43,647 nucleotides of DNA from a virus (Duplodnaviria > Caudoviricetes). Below the pieces are notes generated by a model that did no database searches, had not been told where the DNA came from, and worked only from the letters and a program-made list of their open reading frames with translations. Each line of letters starts with the position of its first letter. The first letter of the stretch is position 1. The DNA is taken from positions 1 to 43,647 of the IMG/VR virus record IMGVR_UViG_3300027612_000009; one strand, given 5' to 3'. Position numbers and translations under genes: made by a program. This document shows, piece by piece, positions 1-6,610 of the stretch.

Positions 1-1
1 G

Positions 2-3000
2 TGTGGCGGTGGGGCGCGGCGGGTTCTGCGGGTTACTGCGTTGCACGCGCTCTGCGTTGGCGTACTCACCCAGCAACATGCCGCCCTCGATGGCGTCTTT
101 CACTTTGTTCTTAGCCGCTTGGGTCAGATCGTTCCAGTCGCGCTGCACGTTGCGCTTGGCGGCCTCGTTCAGATCGCGCGTGCCTTTGATCACCCAGCCA
201 CCAAGGTTGAACACAGTTTCCCGCTCGCCGTCGCTGGCGCTGTCCCATGCCGTTGCCGGGTCTTGGTTGGGAAGATCGGCCATAGGCCGCTCCGGCATGA
301 CGCCGGGCGTTTCCTGCGACAAGTTGGCCTCGTCCCATCCTCGATACCAGCCATTTGCGGCGGCTGCGTCGGTCGGGTCGATATAGCTCGGCAGACGGCG
401 CGGCACATCGCGCGCAAAATCCGCCCGGCCTTGTCGGCGGGCCTCGGTCTCATTGCCCTCAAACTGGTCGCGGGTCGGCTCCGGCGCGGGCGTTCCCGTT
501 CCCTCTTGGGTGTCGGGAACGTCGGGAACATCGGCTTCCGGCTCTTCACCGAACACGTCATCGAAGGCTGCGTTCAGGATGTCGTCGGCGGATTGCTCAG
601 AAGGTTGCGACGGGGCATTCGCTTCTTCATCCAGCGCCTTTGCAGCCTCTTCGGCCTGCGCTTGTGTGTCGCGCAAATACTGCTCAGCCTCCTGCACAAG
701 CTCTTCACTGACCGGCCTGCGTCCATCGACCATAAACTTGCTGTAGGCGGCATTGTCGTTGATCGCGCCTGCCCGCACCCGTGCCCGGCGCAGCATGATC
801 TTGGCCGCGCCCTGATCCTCGGCGCGCGTCTCACCGTCAGGGACGCCTCCCGGAAGGTCAGACTTTCCTTGCGCGGCTTGATTTTCGGGCCGTTTTGCGA
901 CTGCCCGCTGAGCTTTCTCAAGCGCGTTCTTAACCGCTTCGGTGCGCGACACGTCGCTCCACCCATCATAAACCGCCCAAGAATGCGGTTTGCTTGTGGT
1001 CACGATAACGCGCACGCTCGGCCACGGACGGGCCATTTCCTCGGCCTGCTGCTTGGTCAGGCGGCTGTAGGAGGTGACGCTGTAGCCTTCGGGCATCTTC
1101 GGGTCATTGTCTCTCGTTTCGTCAATGTCGCCCCAATTCGGCTTTTTGGGCTTCTGTGTGTCTTGAGGCGCCGGTTGTGCGGTGTCTGCGGGCCGCATCC
1201 TCTCGTGCATGCGACCAATCTTGTCGGCCAACTCGCGCGGTGTGATGTCCGCGTCCGCAAACTCGTTCGTGCCGGTGCCGTATGGCTTGTCGTTCTGGTT
1301 GATCCGCCACATGACGGTCAGACCGCCACGGCGAGACATCGCAGTTTGACCGATGCTCAGATATGCACCGCGCGCGCCCGGACCCTTTAGAAGCATGGAA
1401 ACATCGCCGGAACCAGCAACGCCGCCCGCGTTCCACGTCACAGGGGTTGTGGTCTTGCCCCGCACTGTCGGGCGTTCGAACCCGTATTCATCCTGGAGGA
1501 TCTTGGCGACCGATCGCGTAAACCGCATCGCGTCAGCTTTGAAGGCGTTTTTGATTGCGCTGTTGCGCCCGTCCTCGCTGGTGTCGTCGTCATAAGCGTT
1601 GATCTCAATGCCGGAATAATCCGCCATCGGCATGTCAGCGCCCTTGCCCGCGCGACGGGTAGGGAAAGAAACTTCCCCTACCCCTTGTTCTGGCGCAGAA
1701 GTTACTTCTTCTTGCCCCCCTTGCCCTTCGGCTTCGGCATTCCGTATCCCGGCATTAAGATCACCCCCTTCCGATGTTGTTTGGGCGCCTTGCGGCGCAA
1801 TATTGTCGTCTGGGAACGCTTTCTTGCCATCGGCCCGCAGCTTTTCGACCAGATCGCGGCTCCAGGGGCCATCCCAGCGAGATTTTTCAAGATTGCTCTT
1901 TAGCGCATCGACGGTCATCTTGGTAATCCCACCCACGCGATCCTCGCCTTTTCCGTCGCTGAACCCTTGGGCGTAAGTTTTCGCCGCCTCCAGTGCGTTA
2001 TCAAAGCCCAGCATGACCTTGTGTTCGTCAAAACCGCCTGTCTCGAGGTCCATCTGGTCGATCACCCAGACGTTCTCGGACGCCTCGTTGTCGCCCATGT
2101 AGAAGTCCACATGATCCCCGTCCGCGCCCTTGGTGCGCAGGATCCGGCCATAATGCGCGGGCATGGTGACGGACCACTCAACCGCGCCATCAGGTGTCTT
2201 CTTGCTTCGCTCGGTGCCCTTGCGGTTCTCGACGGAGAGCTTGAGCCCTTGCCAGTCGGCCTTGCCGGTCTTGTAGTTTTCGGCCTCTTTCTGGCCTTCG
2301 GTCGGCTGCTCTTCGGTCTCCTTCGCGGCTTCTGCCACGCTGCCGGGTGCGCCATCGCCCTCCGGCGAGAGCATAGCCGCGCCAATGAACACATCAAAAC
2401 CGTTACCATCAACACCGCCGTCTGCGCGCACCTCGACTGTGCCTTGCCCAGACTTGCGGTCAATTTTCGCGATTGTACCCATGAATGTGCGCGGAGGGTC
2501 AAAGTCGTTGTTCGTCCACTGAACACGCATACCGTTCTTGAACTTACCAAGAGCGGCACGGTTTGCTGCAAAGCGTTCGTCAATCTCAGCGGTCGCACCA
2601 ATGGCAGGCTGACCGTCAGACGCCACGCGCGTACCGGGCATAGAAATCGGTTCCTCACCATCGGGCAGGACGTTGACGCCGGGCTGTGTGCGCGTCGGGC
2701 GCTCCTGCGGCTCTTCCAGCGCGGGGGTGGCCCCTTGGGGGAGCCCACGGTTCGGGTCGGCCACCGGCGCCACCGGTGCGCCAGCCTGCGCCTGCGGGTC
2801 GATCTGTTCGGCCAGCTTCTCGCGCACGCGCTCCGAAAGCGCGTCCCATTCCTTGCCAGCGGCGCGACGGCCGGGCGCGTTCAGGTTGCCCTGTGCGTCC
2901 TTGAAGCCCACGCTTGCCAGCAATGCCTGACGCTGCTCCGGGGCCATTGCGCCCCATGCGGTGCCGTCCAGTTTCTTGACTGGTTCTTGATTTTGGGCCG

Positions 3001-4972
3001 GTGTGACCGCCGAACCGGCTTGTTCTGTTGGGGTTTCGCTTTTGACCGGCTCTTGATCGACGGCTTCACCCGGCGGCGGGACCGGCGCAATCGCCGCAGC
3101 TTCCTGCGCCAGCGCCTCCATCTGCATTTCTGCTTGGAAATCAGCGACGGCCTGCGCCACGGTTCCACCGAACCGGTCAATGCTGTTGGCAATCTCAGCG
3201 CGGTCTTCGGGTGTCGCCTCGATCTGCTGTTCTGACAGGTAGGTGTCCAACGCGCCTTGCAGGCGTTCTGCGCGCTGCTGCGGCGGCTCTGTGGTGTCGT
3301 CCAACGGCTCGAAATTGGCCGCTGGGTCGGCTTCTGCGTCTGCCCAGGCGGTTTCCGCAACGACATCGACGGGTGCGATCTGGATCCCGTCCTGTTCCAT
3401 GCGCTCGCGGGTGATCAACGCAGGCTCGCCATTGACCTTGAGAGACACACCGGCCTCGTCTTCGCCTACGAACTCTGCATCGACAACCATGCCGTTCTTG
3501 AGTGTCACGCGCACCGGTTGCCCGGCTTGCGCGTTCATGGCCGGGAATGGCGCGTCAGGCTCCACCGGCTTCGGTGCGGCCTGTGCCGCGCGTGCGAGAA
3601 CCCCCAGCGGCGGGCGGGCGGTCGGGTCACTGCCACTTGCGCCATCATCAGGACGCGGAAGCTGCGGGGCGGGCGAAGGAAGCGCAAGCGGTTCACCTGT
3701 GCTATCGCCCTGATCTGCTTGGCGCGACGGCAGCAGGCCGCGACCTGCACCAAACGCGCCACCACCAAGCGCGCCCAAGACAAACTCGCCAAATGTGCCT
3801 TCCATTTTATCGACTGGCAGGCCAGACGCCAATTCGGCGCCAGCGCGCGCGACATAACCCTCGGTTGCCTCTTGAACACCCTCTTCCAAAGCGCCGACTG
3901 CTGCGGTGCCCGCAACTCGCGTGCCAAGACCCTTGGACGCAAGGCCCGGCAATCCCTTTTGCACCATACGTCCAGTAATTGCGCCACCTGCACCCGCCAC
4001 CGGGGCGGCAAAGACTGCGGCCAGCGAACCGGCGGCGTCCTTGACCTTTTCCTTGGCGGCTTCGGGTGTCATGCCCTTGGCGATCAGCTCGTTGTAGTAG
4101 CTGCTGTTGGCCTCAAGCTGTTCCGGCGTTGCCCGGTCCACGATGTCGCGGCCTGTCTGCGCCCCGGCGCCTGCGCCCTGCAAACCACCTACGGCAGCGC
4201 CGCCAACACCGCCAGTGAAAATACCAGCAATCACGACAGGGGCAAGCGAGCCTAGAACATCGGCTGTGAGAAGCGCGATCCCCTTTGGAGACACGTCGCC
4301 TTCGAACTCCCATGTGGAAGGCTCAAAAATCTTGCCCTTGGGTGTCGAATTGCGCACAGCGCGCTTGGCGTCGTCGGACATGCCGTCTTTGACGTTCTGC
4401 CCCCAGCCGCGCAGCGTGTCACCAACGGCGCGGCCTGCGGTCTCCGCCCAATCGGTAATGCCCGGGTTCCCGAACAGATCGTCCACATCGAGCAAGGTGC
4501 CTGCGCCTTCGGCAATCATGCCAACGCCGGTGATCGCGCCACCGGCCACGCTGCGCCCAAAGTCTTCGGCAAAACTATTGTCGTTGTTTTGACCGGAAGA
4601 GGCCCGTCCCTCGTCACCTCTTCCGGCCAAATCGACCGCCCGCTTGAGTGCATCCTCAACGGGCGCGTCGTCTCCGAAGATCGACCGCATCGCACCGGGG
4701 ATGTCCTTCCCCGCGTCGATCTCCTGCTTCATCTTTTGGGCGAAATCTTGAGCGAGCGCCAGACTTTGTTCCTGGGCAACACCGGAGTCGCGAACAACGG
4801 TCTCGATCACGTTCCACGGAACGCCAGTCTCTACGGAAATGTCTTGGATTGTTTTGGGCTTTGGCGCTTCACCTGCAAGCGGCGCACCAGCTTGAATGTC
4901 CGCGAGACGTTCGGTGACGGATTGGCGATCACGCCGACCAAGACCCAGATCGTAAGATTCGTTGCCAGCCAA
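2..4972 (-). CDS. Giant polyvalent / DarB-like virion-associated protein, 5' part (at least 1657 aa, continues past left edge)
   Basis: Manual translation from TTG 4972 (SD AAGGGGG 5 nt upstream) found no in-frame stop to the edge. The long + strand ORFs 41..1390, 1967..3235, 3257..4255 and 4589..4990 are in exact antisense register with it. Gly/Ala-rich N-terminus (EEGVQEATEG), InPase-like domain, position next to internal virion genes. Confidence 0.85.
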   Translation of the reverse strand, partial: MAGNESYDLGLGRRDRQSVTERLADIQAGAPLAGEAPKPKTIQDISVETGVPWNVIETVVRDSGVAQEQSLALAQDFAQKMKQEIDAGKDIPGAMRSIFGDDAPVEDALKRAVDLAGRGDEGRASSGQNNDNSFAEDFGRSVAGGAITGVGMIAEGAGTLLDVDDLFGNPGITDWAETAGRAVGDTLRGWGQNVKDGMSDDAKRAVRNSTPKGKIFEPSTWEFEGDVSPKGIALLTADVLGSLAPVVIAGIFTGGVGGAAVGGLQGAGAGAQTGRDIVDRATPEQLEANSSYYNELIAKGMTPEAAKEKVKDAAGSLAAVFAAPVAGAGGAITGRMVQKGLPGLASKGLGTRVAGTAAVGALEEGVQEATEGYVARAGAELASGLPVDKMEGTFGEFVLGALGGGAFGAGRGLLPSRQADQGDSTGEPLALPSPAPQLPRPDDGASGSDPTARPPLGVLARAAQAAPKPVEPDAPFPAMNAQAGQPVRVTLKNGMVVDAEFVGEDEAGVSLKVNGEPALITRERMEQDGIQIAPVDVVAETAWADAEADPAANFEPLDDTTEPPQQRAERLQGALDTYLSEQQIEATPEDRAEIANSIDRFGGTVAQAVADFQAEMQMEALAQEAAAIAPVPPPGEAVDQEPVKSETPTEQAGSAVTPAQNQEPVKKLDGTAWGAMAPEQRQALLASVGFKDAQGNLNAPGRRAAGKEWDALSERVREKLAEQIDPQAQAGAPVAPVADPNRGLPQGATPALEEPQERPTRTQPGVNVLPDGEEPISMPGTRVASDGQPAIGATAEIDERFAANRAALGKFKNGMRVQWTNNDFDPPRTFMGTIAKIDRKSGQGTVEVRADGGVDGNGFDVFIGAAMLSPEGDGAPGSVAEAAKETEEQPTEGQKEAENYKTGKADWQGLKLSVENRKGTERSKKTPDGAVEWSVTMPAHYGRILRTKGADGDHVDFYMGDNEASENVWVIDQMDLETGGFDEHKVMLGFDNALEAAKTYAQGFSDGKGEDRVGGITKMTVDALKSNLEKSRWDGPWSRDLVEKLRADGKKAFPDDNIAPQGAQTTSEGGDLNAGIRNAEAEGQGGQEEVTSAPEQGVGEVSFPTRRAGKGADMPMADYSGIEINAYDDDTSEDGRNSAIKNAFKADAMRFTRSVAKILQDEYGFERPTVRGKTTTPVTWNAGGVAGSGDVSMLLKGPGARGAYLSIGQTAMSRRGGLTVMWRINQNDKPYGTGTNEFADADITPRELADKIGRMHERMRPADTAQPAPQDTQKPKKPNWGDIDETRDNDPKMPEGYSVTSYSRLTKQQAEEMARPWPSVRVIVTTSKPHSWAVYDGWSDVSRTEAVKNALEKAQRAVAKRPENQAAQGKSDLPGGVPDGETRAEDQGAAKIMLRRARVRAGAINDNAAYSKFMVDGRRPVSEELVQEAEQYLRDTQAQAEEAAKALDEEANAPSQPSEQSADDILNAAFDDVFGEEPEADVPDVPDTQEGTGTPAPEPTRDQFEGNETEARRQGRADFARDVPRRLPSYIDPTDAAAANGWYRGWDEANLSQETPGVMPERPMADLPNQDPATAWDSASDGERETVFNLGGWVIKGTRDLNEAAKRNVQRDWNDLTQAAKNKVKDAIEGGMLLGEYANAERVQRSNPQNPPRPTAT
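1657..1683 (-). terminator. Hairpin downstream of the nested peptide (terminator-like or stabilising; no U-tract)
   Basis: GGGTAGGGGAAG-TTT-CTTTCCCTACCC; fully paired (one G-U) only on the minus strand. Confidence 0.45.
1702..1755 (-). CDS. Nested out-of-frame 17-aa basic peptide MPGYGMPKPKGKGGKKK
   Basis: Strong SD GGGGGTGAT 4 nt before ATG 1755, stop TAA at 1702-1704, followed by a 12-bp hairpin. Confidence 0.5.
   Translation of the reverse strand: MPGYGMPKPKGKGGKKK
1874..2305 (-). other. Inorganic pyrophosphatase-like (InPase) domain within the giant protein
   Basis: PTEGQKEAENYKTGK..GLKLSVENRKGTERS..WSVTMPAHYGRILRTKGADGDHVDFYMG..VWVIDQ..FDEHKVMLGF matches the InPase domain typical of phage polyvalent proteins. 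Confidence 0.85.
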
Positions 4973-5036
4973 GACGGCCCCCTTTTCTGAAAGGTGGTTG
5001 CGTCCTTTGTGGCATCTTGCTCTTCAAAGGGGTTGT

Positions 5037-5065
5037 GCCGACCCTAGCAGATCATGCGGGTCGGC
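5037..5065. terminator. Inverted repeat between the antirepressor and the giant gene
   Basis: gccgaccc...gggtcggc 8-bp stem. Confidence 0.35.
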
Positions 5066-5099
5066 GGAAGTTCACTTTTCGCAGTCGGTTCCCACCAAC

Positions 5100-5870
5100 T
5101 TATGCTGGCGCTCCCTGCTTCGAGAAAATCTGAGACAAGCGCGCCAGTCCCTTCGGCGTGATCATCAATTGCGCAACCGTCTTGTCCTCGCCGCTCTGGC
5201 TGTCGTGGTAGGTATGCGCACGATGTTCAAGGTAGCCCCGATTGCGCTTGTCCACATAGGCTTGCAGCGGGCCAATGCCGTTCTGACGAAACGCCCAGCC
5301 ATTTGCTTCAAGCCACTTCGTGAATTTGCGTTCTGGCACGTCCAGCATCTTGGCGGCGATGCGCACATTGACCGCGCCTTCTGATGCGTCCAGCCGATCA
5401 TACGCGATTGCCTTTGGGGAAAGTTCGGCCACGCGGCCTTCCGCCACCTGCGTCCGCTGCGCGTAGCTTGTTAGCAGGGGTAGCAACACACCGGGGTCGG
5501 ACAGGTCAGCCATCGGAGCGGGCATTGGGTTGGGCCGCAACCGCTGCTCCATCGCGTTAAAGGCCGCGATGTATTTCTCCTTCCAGCGCGCCGCTTCCTT
5601 GCCAGTGAAGCCCATCGCAAGGAACGTAAAGCCGTCGCGGGTCATAGCATATTCTGTGCGGGTCTCACCCTTGACATCAAGATATTCGACGGGCGCAAAA
5701 TTGCGCTCGTTGAAATCACCGGAACATTCAAGATTGCGGATCGCGCGAAGCACGTCTTTGTGCTGCTTCCCGAAGTGTTCCGCGACCTGACGACTGGTGA
5801 CGGTCAGCGCCCCGTCACGGACGGTGATCTGAACACCGTTGAAGTCTTCGTTGTTTGTCTGTACGTTCAT
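5100..5870 (-). CDS. ant: Phage antirepressor, Rha N-terminal domain plus KilAC C-terminal domain
   Basis: TSRQVAEHFGKQHKDVLRAIRNL..RNFAPVEY..MTRDGFTFLAMGFTGKEAARWKEKYIAAFNAME (Rha); PKAIAYDRL..AAKML..ITPKGLARL (KilAC); ATG 5870 with AAAGGT SD. Confidence 0.92.
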   Translation of the reverse strand: MNVQTNNEDFNGVQITVRDGALTVTSRQVAEHFGKQHKDVLRAIRNLECSGDFNERNFAPVEYLDVKGETRTEYAMTRDGFTFLAMGFTGKEAARWKEKYIAAFNAMEQRLRPNPMPAPMADLSDPGVLLPLLTSYAQRTQVAEGRVAELSPKAIAYDRLDASEGAVNVRIAAKMLDVPERKFTKWLEANGWAFRQNGIGPLQAYVDKRNRGYLEHRAHTYHDSQSGEDKTVAQLMITPKGLARLSQIFSKQGAPA

Positions 5871-5935
5871 GTTCGAACCTTTCTGATAATGTTCACTTGA
5901 AGGCCGCTGAGGGCACAAACCTCGGCGGCTTTTGC
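5839..5935 (+). ncRNA. Putative sar-like antisense RNA unit (promoter, ~60-nt RNA, terminator) opposite the ant RBS
   Basis: TTGAAG(5839)-17 bp-TACGTT(5862) promoter; 12-bp hairpin 5901-5931 whose two G-U pairs form only on the + strand, then Ts; covers the ant SD. Confidence 0.55.
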
Positions 5936-5939
5936 CGTT

Positions 5940-6113
5940 TCAGGTGTTGAGCGTGTCAAGCTGCACCCCCTTGATCCGCATGGCTGTTTCAATGGCCGAC
6001 AAAATCTCCGCGTTCATTGAACGATGCGATTTCTTGGCTTCCTCCTTCACAATGTCGCGCCAGCCGGGCGGCAGGCGAAGCATGTATTGGTCGGTCGTAC
6101 TTCTATTTTCCAT
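5940..6113 (-). CDS. arc: Arc-family ribbon-helix-helix repressor, 57 aa (not in ORF track)
   Basis: MENRSTTDQYMLRLPPGWRDIVKEEAKKSHRSMNAEILSAIETAM; GAGG SD; directly upstream of ant. Confidence 0.88.
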   Translation of the reverse strand: MENRSTTDQYMLRLPPGWRDIVKEEAKKSHRSMNAEILSAIETAMRIKGVQLDTLNT

Positions 6114-6137
6114 TTTTCCTCATGCACTTAGGTGTAA

Positions 6138-6213
6138 ACCTATCAACTAGGTGCCTTATACCTATCAACTAGATATGCTTCCATCAATGATAGTTAGTAG
6201 CTATTTGATAGGT
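6138..6213. promoter_or_regulatory. Operator repeats between the divergent Arc-family genes
   Basis: ACCTATCAACTAG at 6138 and 6160 (22-bp period) plus an inverted one-mismatch copy at 6201-6213, in an AT-rich spacer. Confidence 0.7.
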
Positions 6214-6227
6214 GAGAGGTGATTCCG

Positions 6228-6509
6228 TTGAAAAAACACCAATACCCAAGCGAAAAGCAGGATCAGTATATGCTCCGTCTTCCCAACGGCATGCGGGATA
6301 GGATCAAGGCTGTTGCCGCTGCCAACAACCGCTCCATGAACGCGGAGATCGTGGCTACGCTGCAAGAGAAGTACCCGGAGCCGACGCGGGATGACCTTCG
6401 AGCCTATCTGGCTGAGGTGATTGCGAAGCTGGATCAGGTGCGATCCGAGGCTGACGCAAAGGCGCTGGCTGAGGATGTGGGACTGCGCATCAAAGAGAAA
6501 GGCCGCTGA
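6228..6509 (+). CDS. Arc/Mnt-family repressor with C-terminal extension (Mnt-like)
   Basis: PSEKQDQYMLRLPNGMRDRIKAVAAANNRSMNAEIVATL; SD GAGGTGA before TTG 6228 (alternative start GTG 6219). Confidence 0.88.
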   Translation: MKKHQYPSEKQDQYMLRLPNGMRDRIKAVAAANNRSMNAEIVATLQEKYPEPTRDDLRAYLAEVIAKLDQVRSEADAKALAEDVGLRIKEKGR

Positions 6510-6562
6510 GGGAACCCGGCGGCCTTAATCAATTCATTGAAGAATTTGGACATGGGGGTTGT

Positions 6563-6601
6563 CTCCTTGCGATTTAATTTTGAAAATTAAATCACAAGGA
6601 G
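6563..6601. terminator. Long inverted repeat at the convergence of the virion operon and the mnt-like gene
   Basis: ctccttgcgatttaatttt-g-aaaattaaatcacaaggag, 19-bp arms with one G-U/mismatch. Confidence 0.55.
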
Positions 6602-6610
6602 GCGATATTC

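Noticed and set aside
1070-1079. AGGAGGTGA perfect SD on + strand (anti-SD on the coding strand)
   Set aside because: No start codon at suitable spacing; explained by the Val-Thr-Ser-Tyr codons of the giant gene
41-4990. Long + strand ORFs (41..1390, 1967..3235, 3257..4255, 4589..4990)
   Set aside because: Exact antisense shadows of the giant minus-strand gene; no SDs or recognisable motifs
4973-5015. ATG at 5015 as start of the giant gene
   Set aside because: Out of frame with the long ORF; the TTG at 4972 is in frame and has an SD
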